Shown piece by piece: positions 30,839 to 38,517 of a stretch of DNA of 64,000 bases. Source of the DNA: a virus (taxonomy: Duplodnaviria > Caudoviricetes). The position numbers were made by a program, and so were the translations under genes. Every line of letters starts with the position of its first letter. Positions within the stretch are counted from its first letter, which is position 1. The notes under the pieces were generated by a model. The model was not told the origin of the DNA. It did not search any database and saw only the letters and a list, made by a program, of their open reading frames with translations. The stretch lies in the IMG/VR virus record IMGVR_UViG_3300000101_000005; one strand, given 5' to 3'.

Positions 30839-30858
30839 TATTTAGCAAATTGACTTAA

Positions 30859-32250
30859 TTAACCGAGGATAAGGCTATATACGTCGCCTAAATCTTCCAT
30901 TAGTGATTCACTAATTTCAGCACCGCCACCAGTTGCTACTGCGTAGCCATCGCTAGTCTGTGTGCCTACTATCAAAGTAACATCGTTTGTCGGACTAGAT
31001 CCACCTGGAAGTCTAGTTCCTGGAATGTTGATCTGGTCTCCTTGTTGGTATCCAATTCCTTGCGATAAGAACTGAACTACTGTTAAACTACCCGCTAATA
31101 AATTCATTCTACAACTAAAACCAGATCCGTATACGGAGTTTGTAGTAGTAGTTCCTGAAAGAATATCAGCTGCATCTGCTAATCCTGAAAATGTTCCTGT
31201 TACTGTTACTGCTTCAACAATACCTGCAAAACATTCCATAATTTGTAAATCTGTGTTCCATCTAGTATCACCAACTTCTGGTAATGCTGGACGTTGTGCA
31301 TCTGTGCCTGCTGGCATTTTAAATGCACTGTCACCCATAAATCTTAAATAGCCAATGCCTGTGTTACCAAAACTAAAAGCATTGTTACCAGTATTATGGA
31401 TATTATCAGTTTCTATTTTTGTTCCGTCAACATAGTAATCGCCTGTAGCAGAAACTAACATTGTATCTTCGTTTGATTGTGTTGATGTAATAGTTGGAGT
31501 AACTAAAACCTGATCGCCTGTTTCACCTCTGAAACTAAGCTGGTTACTAATTAATGCTCCCATAGGGCGAACATTATCTGTGTTTGTTAAATTATCAGGA
31601 GTATGTAATTCTGAAAATCTTCTTGGTGAAGAGTCACGCTCATCTTGTCCAAAACTATATGTGTTATCAGTTTGTGGTACAATGTCTTGTGTTAAGTCAG
31701 GGTTGATAACAACAGTAGAAAAAGAACTATCACCTACTATAACATTACCTGCTAGTGTTACATTACCATCTAGGTTAATGTCTCCTGTTGCAGCTAGGTT
31801 ACCTGTCATGTTTGTATTTGCATGAACATTAATAGTACCTGTACCACTTGTATCTAAAGTAATACTGTCGTCTGTGCTTTTACCTTGTATAAAATTATCA
31901 CTAATATCTAAGTTGTCTGTTTGTAACCTTTGCCAAACAATTGAACCTTGGTCTGATGAGGGAACAATATTTAATGGTCCTGTAATCGTTGAAAATGTTG
32001 CAGGAGCGTTTATAAGAACATTATCTAGTCTTGCTTGACTAGTTGCTTCAGCATTAGTTGTTGAAACATCTGTTTGAATGTCTAGGTCGTATTGAGGGGA
32101 ATCTGTTTTAACACCAATTCTATTATTAGTAACATCTAAGTATAATATTGGAGTTGCATCAAAATTGGTATTCTTAAAGGCAAGATCAATTCCTTGTCTT
32201 TCAAGATTTGGATCTAATAAATGTCCACCTATTCGCCCTACTTGTGACAT
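30859..32250 (-). CDS. Virion structural protein, paralogue of 29689-30741
   Basis: GRIGGHLLDPNLERQGIDLAF N-terminus, AQRP..RWNTD module, and the same C-terminal (S/Y)xLxLG ending. Confidence 0.65.
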   Translation of the reverse strand: MSQVGRIGGHLLDPNLERQGIDLAFKNTNFDATPILYLDVTNNRIGVKTDSPQYDLDIQTDVSTTNAEATSQARLDNVLINAPATFSTITGPLNIVPSSDQGSIVWQRLQTDNLDISDNFIQGKSTDDSITLDTSGTGTINVHANTNMTGNLAATGDINLDGNVTLAGNVIVGDSSFSTVVINPDLTQDIVPQTDNTYSFGQDERDSSPRRFSELHTPDNLTNTDNVRPMGALISNQLSFRGETGDQVLVTPTITSTQSNEDTMLVSATGDYYVDGTKIETDNIHNTGNNAFSFGNTGIGYLRFMGDSAFKMPAGTDAQRPALPEVGDTRWNTDLQIMECFAGIVEAVTVTGTFSGLADAADILSGTTTTNSVYGSGFSCRMNLLAGSLTVVQFLSQGIGYQQGDQINIPGTRLPGGSSPTNDVTLIVGTQTSDGYAVATGGGAEISESLMEDLGDVYSLILG

Positions 32251-32774
32251 TAGTTTGAGAATCCGTAGAAGGTTGTTAGATACTTAGTAGCCGGCACCGG
32301 AGAATTAAATTTAAAATAATATCCGTCTGCGTATGGCTGATTAGGCCCTGTTAAATTTCCAGCAGTGCTTTGTTCAAGTGTAAAGTTAGTTGTAGGAATT
32401 TGTAATACGTTTTCAATTAAACATAAAACGTTGTTTGCACTTGTTGATTCAAATACTGGTCCAAACACAGTTTCAGTTCCATCTCCTGGTCCTAGTGTTT
32501 GTACTGTAATAGCAGAAGCCGCAGGCTGCACAACTAATTCCCAGTTGCCGCCAACATATGCTTCAATAGCAGTAATGTCAGTATTGTATCTAATAGTTCC
32601 GTCTGCTGTAGCCGGTTGTCTTACACCTACTAAGTCTGGTCTTTGTGCTGACGTTCCTTTAGGTAACATCAAGCCAGCAGTTGTACTCATTACAACTCTT
32701 CCATAAGGATTAATTGAAATAGAATTATCACTTGGACTGTATCTAGATGTATTCTGGTATTTTAAAAACTTCAT
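32250..32774 (-). CDS. Virion structural protein
   Basis: LPKGTSAQRP..GTIRYNTD..EAYVGGNW followed by GDGTETVF..ENVLQIP (baseplate/fibre-type beta module). Confidence 0.6.
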   Translation of the reverse strand: MKFLKYQNTSRYSPSDNSISINPYGRVVMSTTAGLMLPKGTSAQRPDLVGVRQPATADGTIRYNTDITAIEAYVGGNWELVVQPAASAITVQTLGPGDGTETVFGPVFESTSANNVLCLIENVLQIPTTNFTLEQSTAGNLTGPNQPYADGYYFKFNSPVPATKYLTTFYGFSN

Positions 32775-32784
32775 AAGTTTTCCT

Positions 32785-33162
32785 CTACACTTGCATTGAA
32801 CTTACTGTTACAGTAATTAAATCTGCTACAGATGTACCAACCCAAATTTCATCGCCTGAATCTAAAATAATTTTTTCATCACTGAAAAATACTGTTTCGC
32901 CTGCAGGCACAATTAATGTATTAACAATAATGTTATCTGTATCCGGTGTATCACCAGCTTTTACTAGGTACACACTTACATTACATGTATTAACAGACTC
33001 GTCCGTAATAGTTGGAGCACCAAGGTTACAAAGGATCATAGTAGTAATTGCATTTACTTGTCCTGTAACAGCGCCTCCAATAGGAGCACCTGTAGTTGTA
33101 CTAGTATAGACTTTTTCCGGAACACTAACACTTGTTGCAGATACTTTTGTACTTTTAATCAT
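32785..33162 (-). CDS. Small beta-rich virion protein
   Basis: AITTMILCN..VSVYLV..LIVPAGETVFF..KIILDSGD, the same family as 15130-15450. Confidence 0.55.
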   Translation of the reverse strand: MIKSTKVSATSVSVPEKVYTSTTTGAPIGGAVTGQVNAITTMILCNLGAPTITDESVNTCNVSVYLVKAGDTPDTDNIIVNTLIVPAGETVFFSDEKIILDSGDEIWVGTSVADLITVTVSSMQV

Positions 33163-33173
33163 TTGTTTTTCCT

Positions 33174-34136
33174 TTAAAATATCATACTGTAAAGTAATGC
33201 TCTGTTTCTATTTACTAGTTCTCCAGTTCTAGTACCATTGGTAAAGAACACACCTGTTTGACCTAACTGTTCTTCATTGTGATAAAGAATAGTTGATTCG
33301 TTTACATATGCTGGAGTAACTGCAATTTTTTCAAGTTCAAGTCCGTAGCTAAGTTTAACTTTACCTGTACCTTGTGTTCTTAAAAAGATATTACCGTTAG
33401 TATCGTTGTTTGTTATTTCGTTGTTAATAAATTCAAGGTTTTGTATTACTGCTCTATTAGAATAAAATTGAGCACCTAGTGACCCATCAACAATTACTGA
33501 AATAGCACTTTCTCCAAAGGAACTATATCCAGTGTTGTCAACCAAGTAAGTTAATGCACCACTAACATCTTTATCAGTAACAATGACCCTTGTGTCATTA
33601 TCAATAATTTGGAATGTTGGATTATCTCTAATAGAATCGTCGACATATCTTTTATTAGGAATATCATCGTCGTGAGTTATTTGATTTTCATAGTTTGTAG
33701 TACCAATAACTTTTACAACACCTATACCTGAACCTATAAGGGTTAAATCTCCCCCATCTGTAGTATCGCTAGTTGTAATAGTTTTTAATCTTAAACTACT
33801 ATCAGTAAAGTTGTAACTACCACTGTTACCTTTTGCAATGTTAAACGTATCATCATTTTCATCGTAAAAGAATGAAGCAGGTGTTTCGGTTCCTCTATCA
33901 ATCTGTATACCAGCATATCTTAAAGAAACTCCAGCACCTGATTCACCATAATTTAATTCAATAATGTTATCGTTAACATTTAGGTTTTCAGCTTGGACAG
34001 TTAGTGTATCACCTTCAACAACTAAGTTGCCTGTGATTCGTACTTCACCGATACCTGCTCCAGTATCAAATTTTACATTTGATCCTTCACCTGTCTTAAT
34101 CGTATAATCACCGTTGGTTTGTACTAACTGTGCCAT
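33174..34136 (-). CDS. Virion structural protein (fibre-like)
   Basis: ITGNLVVEGDTLTV..LNVNDNIIELN..AGIQIDRG motif typical of phage fibre/collar proteins; DIPNKRYVD. Confidence 0.6.
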   Translation of the reverse strand: MAQLVQTNGDYTIKTGEGSNVKFDTGAGIGEVRITGNLVVEGDTLTVQAENLNVNDNIIELNYGESGAGVSLRYAGIQIDRGTETPASFFYDENDDTFNIAKGNSGSYNFTDSSLRLKTITTSDTTDGGDLTLIGSGIGVVKVIGTTNYENQITHDDDIPNKRYVDDSIRDNPTFQIIDNDTRVIVTDKDVSGALTYLVDNTGYSSFGESAISVIVDGSLGAQFYSNRAVIQNLEFINNEITNNDTNGNIFLRTQGTGKVKLSYGLELEKIAVTPAYVNESTILYHNEEQLGQTGVFFTNGTRTGELVNRNRALLYSMIF

Positions 34137-34147
34137 TAACTATATTC

Positions 34148-34540
34148 CTATACGTCTTCTAATGTTAAAACGTTTGTAGTTGAGTCATCACTAACAGACC
34201 ACTTGTATCTGTTGTTACTAAAGTCTGTAGCAATTCTGTTTGACATCTTCATAACGTTAACTGCTTGACCGTTATAGTAACCAATGATTACCATTTCGCC
34301 TTCAAGCACAGCAGAAGAATCAGTAACTTTATTTACAAGTTTACAAATTGCTTCTTCGCCTGAGTCATTACCGTGAACTAAAAATCTACGTGAAGATTTT
34401 TGTTTAACGATATAAACATCACTGCCGCCATCTGTAGCATTAACAATAATGCCGCCGATAAACGCTGCTTCAACTGGAATATGAGGTGTTGCGTCAACAC
34501 CCAATGCACCGAAATATTTCTTATTAATTGGTCTTCCCAT
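34148..34540 (-). CDS. Conserved late/virion protein (MGRPINKKYFG...)
   Basis: Strong SD (AAGGAG); first gene of the fibre operon after a TAAATA promoter. Confidence 0.65.
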   Translation of the reverse strand: MGRPINKKYFGALGVDATPHIPVEAAFIGGIIVNATDGGSDVYIVKQKSSRRFLVHGNDSGEEAICKLVNKVTDSSAVLEGEMVIIGYYNGQAVNVMKMSNRIATDFSNNRYKWSVSDDSTTNVLTLEDV

Positions 34541-34629
34541 TTTTTTCTCCTTAAGTTTGACGTTCTAGGTCTACGCGGTTGGTTTTCCGCATAAGTCCGC
34601 CGTTGTCAGCGGCACACTTTTGACACAAG
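34541..34629 (-). promoter_or_regulatory. Structured 5' leader with a possible H-type pseudoknot and a hairpin
   Basis: TGTCA/TGACA interleaved with GCCG/CGGC, then the hairpin TATGCGG-AAAACCAA-CCGCGTA, upstream of the SD. Confidence 0.5.
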
Positions 34630-34632
34630 TAT

Positions 34633-34902
34633 TTATCTTCTGCTAAGGATTGCTAGAAGTTCTTGTTGGCCAACAGTTTTAAGAAGAACGTTCATATTGT
34701 CTATTTCTGCTTGAGCTCGTTCTAAATGTATGTTACGTTTAGTTTGACGATGCATAATCATGTGCTGACTATGATTATCAATGAGCTTTTCTAGTGCTTT
34801 AGATAACTGACGAACATCGTGTTTGAACATAGAATGGTTCTTGTTCCATTTTTTCACTTGTTCTCTTAATAAAGAGAAGTCTTTGTCGTCTTTTATCTCC
34901 AT
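34633..34902 (-). CDS. Hypothetical helical protein (89 aa), probably leaderless
   Basis: The ATG lies 6 nt after a TATAAT box and has no SD. Confidence 0.65.
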   Translation of the reverse strand: MEIKDDKDFSLLREQVKKWNKNHSMFKHDVRQLSKALEKLIDNHSQHMIMHRQTKRNIHLERAQAEIDNMNVLLKTVGQQELLAILSRR

Positions 34903-34908
34903 GCTAGT

Positions 34909-34937
34909 ATTATATAGTATTTTGGACAGTTAGTCAA
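34909..34937 (-). promoter_or_regulatory. Sigma70-type promoter TTGACT-N17-TATAAT
   Basis: -35 at 34937-34932, -10 at 34914-34909, 17-nt spacer. Confidence 0.85.
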
Positions 34938-34938
34938 G

Positions 34939-34963
34939 AAAAAAGACACCGAAGTGTCTTTTT
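34939..34963 (-). terminator. Intrinsic terminator with a cUUCGg loop (possibly bidirectional)
   Basis: Minus strand reads AAAAAGACAC-TTCG-GTGTCTTTTTT. Confidence 0.85.
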
Positions 34964-34965
34964 AA

Positions 34966-35180
34966 TATAAGCAAAATAGGTAGGACTTGGGTACACCTAC
35001 AAGCACGGACCTGAATACCATTCTGTTCCGTACAACCTAACCCCGCTAGTGAATGCGATGTGATACTGCCTATCTCTAGTACAGCACCTGGGTACCACCC
35101 CTGGTTAGTCAAGTTCAACCCTTCTGGTAAAGGCTTCTTCCTTGCACTATAAACAAAAGTTAATTACTCTTTTGTTGCTA
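34966..35180 (-). ncRNA. Candidate independently transcribed structured ncRNA (~215 nt plus terminator), family unknown
   Basis: It has its own sigma70-like promoter and UUCG terminator, is GC-richer than its flanks, forms many nested stems and has no credible ORF. Confidence 0.65.
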
Positions 35181-35187
35181 TATTATT

Positions 35188-35215
35188 AATATAACACAAA
35201 ATAAGTATTTGTCAA
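35188..35215 (-). promoter_or_regulatory. Sigma70-type promoter TTGACA-N16-TATATT with extended TG
   Basis: -35 TTGACA at 35215-35210, TGn-TATATT at 35193-35188. Confidence 0.65.
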
Positions 35216-35236
35216 CCTCTTTTATTTTGGATAAAA

Positions 35237-35431
35237 CTATATATTATTACTTGAAGTAACAGAAATATGTTTTAGTACTTTGCCAGTATTCTCGCCACTT
35301 TTTACAGTATATCCACTAGTACCACTACCATTAATATTTGGCTCAGAACGTGACATCATTAAGATGCGTTCCTTACGAGCTCTCATTTTTGCCTCGCGGT
35401 ATGTTTTGTGTAAATGATCGAATCTGTTCAT
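35237..35431 (-). CDS. Small basic protein (64 aa) downstream of the glutamine riboswitch candidate
   Basis: ATG 35431 follows SD AAGGAGG. The ORF-track start at 35470 lies inside the aptamer and is rejected. Confidence 0.7.
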   Translation of the reverse strand: MNRFDHLHKTYREAKMRARKERILMMSRSEPNINGSGTSGYTVKSGENTGKVLKHISVTSSNNI

Positions 35432-35454
35432 AACACCCTCCTTTTTAAAGTTAG

Positions 35455-35503
35455 GTGCGTTCCTTCGCATAATGCTACTTCCGTCCCGATTGGGATGAAC
35501 GAT
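35455..35503 (-). promoter_or_regulatory. Glutamine riboswitch, glnA-motif (Gln-I) type aptamer
   Basis: Minus strand AUCGUUCA-UCCC-AAUC-GGGA-CGGAAGUA-GCA-UUA-UGC-GAAGGAACGC has P1 CGUUC/GAACG, P2, P3 and the AGUA/GAA E-loop, matching the glnA consensus as I recall it. Confidence 0.8.
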
Positions 35504-35519
35504 ACTATTATTTAGTCAT

Positions 35520-35551
35520 AAAAAAAGGGCGATATAAAAATACCGCCCTTT
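35520..35551 (-). terminator. Intrinsic terminator of the major capsid gene
   Basis: Minus strand AAAGGGCG-N12-CGCCCTTTTTT, about 25 nt after the capsid stop. Confidence 0.75.
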
Positions 35552-35577
35552 AGTAGATTTTTTAAATCTATACTTGC

Positions 35578-36750
35578 TTACGCAAATCTTAGGTTAGCTG
35601 AAGTAACTCCAACTTTTCCTAAGTAGTCAGCTGCATTACCAAGAGATGATGCAGTGTTTGTTAACTCTACATAACCATATCTTGTCATGAAACTTACAAC
35701 TGGCTCAAATGTACCTGGATCAAGTACAACACCGCTTGACATCAAAGGAATGTATGGGCAGTAGAACGCAGGTGCGTCTGATTCCGAAGAACCTTTGTAA
35801 CCGATCAACACATCGTCGTCAGTTGCATAACCGTTAACGTACACACGCATTGCACTATTTAAAGTTCCTACAAACTTAGTGTTTGTTGGTGCTTCAAAAG
35901 TACCTTCAGTTGTTCTTGCGAACGCTGAAGTTGTAGCAGATTGTAACAACGTTAATACTGTTGGTGAAACAACAGCGTAGTTACCTGCGCCACGTCTTGT
36001 ACGCTGTGCAATCAAGTTAGATACTCTGTTGATTTGAACAGCTAAAGCAGCATGTTCGTCACCAACAAAAGTAGCAGTACCTGACACTGCACCTTGGTCG
36101 TAAGTTAAAGCAGCCGTACCAGCAAGTGTTTTCAATGATTGAATAACTTCTTGGTCAATTTCAGCTGTTATTTCTTGTGCTAAAGCAGCCATTACTTCTG
36201 CTTCGATGTCAATGCCCTGTTGAGCTTGTGCATCTTGTGCAGCTTCAAACGTCCAACGAGCACTCAATTTACGAGTTTTCGCTTCGACAGTTTGTTTCAA
36301 GATTTGAATGCTTAGTCTGTTTCCAGCTACACCTTCTAAAGCTGCTGTAGAAGCTGCTTTATCATTAGTAGCACCAGAATAACCTTCTGCGATCTTGAAA
36401 GGTGATAGTGCTTCGTCACCTGCTGTAGTGTCAGTTCCACTTCCAGAGTTGAATGCATCAGCATAACGTACTCTTAATGTGTGGATTTGACCAACAGGTC
36501 CAGTCATTGGCTGTACGCCAACTAGTTCATTAGCGATGACCGTAGGCATCACACGTCTGATCACTGGAAGGATCACACGGTTTAGTGTTGCGACGTTACC
36601 GGCAGATGTAGCACCTGCTGTAGCAGACTCGTTCAAATACGTGCGGGTATTCTCCAGAGTTGTTGCCATAACAGTACGCTTGTTACCTTGAAGTCCTTCT
36701 AAAAGGGCATCTTTGGTTTCTGACCAGCGACTTTCTAGTAGTTGTGACAT
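35578..36750 (-). CDS. gp23: Major capsid protein, T4 gp23-like
   Basis: ILPVIRRVMPTVIANELVGVQPMTGPVGQIHTLRVRY, VEAKTRKLSARWTFEAAQD, AFYCPYIPL, FMTRYG. Confidence 0.97.
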   Translation of the reverse strand: MSQLLESRWSETKDALLEGLQGNKRTVMATTLENTRTYLNESATAGATSAGNVATLNRVILPVIRRVMPTVIANELVGVQPMTGPVGQIHTLRVRYADAFNSGSGTDTTAGDEALSPFKIAEGYSGATNDKAASTAALEGVAGNRLSIQILKQTVEAKTRKLSARWTFEAAQDAQAQQGIDIEAEVMAALAQEITAEIDQEVIQSLKTLAGTAALTYDQGAVSGTATFVGDEHAALAVQINRVSNLIAQRTRRGAGNYAVVSPTVLTLLQSATTSAFARTTEGTFEAPTNTKFVGTLNSAMRVYVNGYATDDDVLIGYKGSSESDAPAFYCPYIPLMSSGVVLDPGTFEPVVSFMTRYGYVELTNTASSLGNAADYLGKVGVTSANLRFA

Positions 36751-36761
36751 TGTTTTTCTCC

Positions 36762-37856
36762 TTAAACTTTTAAGCCCGCAAGCCTGCGGATGTCAAATAT
36801 CTCAGCAGTTTTTTCTCCACCGCCAATTTGATTGCCTTGTGCTTTATCGCCTGTTATTTCTTTTGCCTCTGTCAACGCCACTTTAGATGGAGCACTTCCT
36901 TCCATTACAGAAGAAATATACTTGTCATAAGCTGCGTGTAATTTATTAGTCTGTACAGATTCTAATAACTCACCCATTACCTCACGCTTCTCTGCTGCAA
37001 GAGGTCCTAGCAATTCTGCCATTACATCTTGTCTAGCTGCGCTATCTTTGATACGAGCAATTTCTGCATCTCGACTTTCCACTAACTCTTTAGATTTTGC
37101 AACAAACTTTGCTGCTTCTGCTACTTCAGTTTCTTTCTGTTTTACAACTTTAAGAAGTTTAGAAGTTTCAGATTTTTCATTTAAATGGCTAGTAGCGTAT
37201 TCACTTGCGAACGATTCAAAAAGTCTACGACCAAAGTCGTTTTCTCTCGCTGCCTGAATATCTTCTTTCAATTGTACCATTTCAGATTTAATACCTTTCG
37301 ATACTGTACCTTCAACGATATTCGATGCTTTATTGATAAAGTCTTTCTTAACTGCTTCAAATTTAGCCTTGCTATCTCTAACAAGTTTAACTTTGGTTTC
37401 TGCTAAGTCTTTCTTATCAGCATGGAATTCTGCAATTTCTTTCGAAAGTGCATTAACAATAAAAGATTCAAGTTTGGCAACATTACCTGCAACTGCTTTA
37501 CGATCTTCACGAAGTTCTGCTAATTCATTCTTAAGATTTTTAAGAACAAATGCTTCCATAGCTTTTGAATCTTTTACGATTTTATTAGCATATTTGGCTT
37601 TAGCTTCAATAAGTCCTTGGCGATCTTCTGCAAATTCAGAAAGCTCTGCTGTAATTCTGTCAGCCAGCATCTTCTCAACTGCTTCAACCATCGCGGTCTT
37701 ATCGTGTTCGTACTTCTGTGCATATTCTTCACGCAATTGTGTAGTAACATTATCACGGTTATCTTGAACGGTTTTTTCCCAAGCGGTCTCAATTTCCGAC
37801 TTGACTTCTTCGGAAATCACATTGTTTTCAAATAGTTGTTTTACAAACTCTAGCAT
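36762..37856 (-). CDS. Prohead scaffold protein, gp22-like
   Basis: Long E/K/A-rich coiled coil between the protease and capsid genes, the T4 gene-22 position. Confidence 0.8.
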   Translation of the reverse strand: MLEFVKQLFENNVISEEVKSEIETAWEKTVQDNRDNVTTQLREEYAQKYEHDKTAMVEAVEKMLADRITAELSEFAEDRQGLIEAKAKYANKIVKDSKAMEAFVLKNLKNELAELREDRKAVAGNVAKLESFIVNALSKEIAEFHADKKDLAETKVKLVRDSKAKFEAVKKDFINKASNIVEGTVSKGIKSEMVQLKEDIQAARENDFGRRLFESFASEYATSHLNEKSETSKLLKVVKQKETEVAEAAKFVAKSKELVESRDAEIARIKDSAARQDVMAELLGPLAAEKREVMGELLESVQTNKLHAAYDKYISSVMEGSAPSKVALTEAKEITGDKAQGNQIGGGEKTAEIFDIRRLAGLKV

Positions 37857-37866
37857 TGTGATTCTC

Positions 37867-38499
37867 CTACGCTTTATTTAGACTTGAAATAAAATTTTTC
37901 AAGCTCTCTGCTATATATCTTTGTGCCTGTGTATCGCCTTGTACTTCTTGTGCCACTTGAAATGCCTTGTAGCCACCTTGTGCGTTCATAAGGTGTTCGT
38001 AAACTGGTGTTGGATATGCTCCCGGGGCAGATGGTTGAGCTACGACATCAACAGTAATAATTTCAAATCCTTGAACATTACCATCTCCGTCAACTTCTCC
38101 CGAACCTCTACTTGAGACTCCCAACTTGACTCCTGATTCCAACATCGATGAAACAATTTGTCCCATCGGCGTTGGTAACATTTTAAGTTTTCCGTAGCCA
38201 TTTGGACCATCCATCCACATTTTTGTAATCATGTGACTGACCCTGTCCAAATTGATTCGTAAATCTTGTGGGTGATCAACTTCACCTAGCACTGAATACC
38301 CCCCAGAAATCTGTTCATTGAGCGTTTTGACAGCCCTATCAATTTCCTTAGAAGAATAAACACGCTGATTAGCGTTACGAATGTCACCTTGAATACAGAT
38401 GCCACTCAAGTGTAACGACTTACCATCATCATGCTCATCACGCTCAAGTACGATTTTAGCCTGATCGAAGCTCAGATGTTCTGCTAGTTTAGTTTTCAC
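37867..38499 (-). CDS. gp21: Prohead protease, T4 gp21-like
   Basis: GICIQGDIRNANQRVY, LGEVDHP, VSHMI, LGVSSRGSG, DVVAQPSAPGAYP. Confidence 0.95.
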   Translation of the reverse strand: MKTKLAEHLSFDQAKIVLERDEHDDGKSLHLSGICIQGDIRNANQRVYSSKEIDRAVKTLNEQISGGYSVLGEVDHPQDLRINLDRVSHMITKMWMDGPNGYGKLKMLPTPMGQIVSSMLESGVKLGVSSRGSGEVDGDGNVQGFEIITVDVVAQPSAPGAYPTPVYEHLMNAQGGYKAFQVAQEVQGDTQAQRYIAESLKNFISSLNKA

Positions 38500-38517
38500 T
38501 TATAGTCTTCCTTTTTA

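Noticed and set aside
34930-35118. 62-aa minus-strand ORF inside the ncRNA candidate
   Set aside because: It has a TTG start without an SD, runs through the terminator hairpin and has atypical composition; the sequence is better explained as structured RNA.
34966-35180. tmRNA, RNase P RNA, tRNA or self-splicing intron identity for this RNA or for the 49.2-49.7 kb region
   Set aside because: There are no GGGGC/UCCACCA ends, no ordered RNase P conserved regions, no cloverleaf, no group I P7 elements or group II domain V, and no interrupted gene.
35237-35431. Ribosomal protein bS21, which some large phages carry near capsid genes
   Set aside because: It lacks the bS21 pattern (ALR.FKK...YEKP..RR).
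35432-35470. ORF-track start at 35470 for the small basic protein
   Set aside because: That ATG lies in the riboswitch P3 stem, while ATG 35431 has a strong SD.
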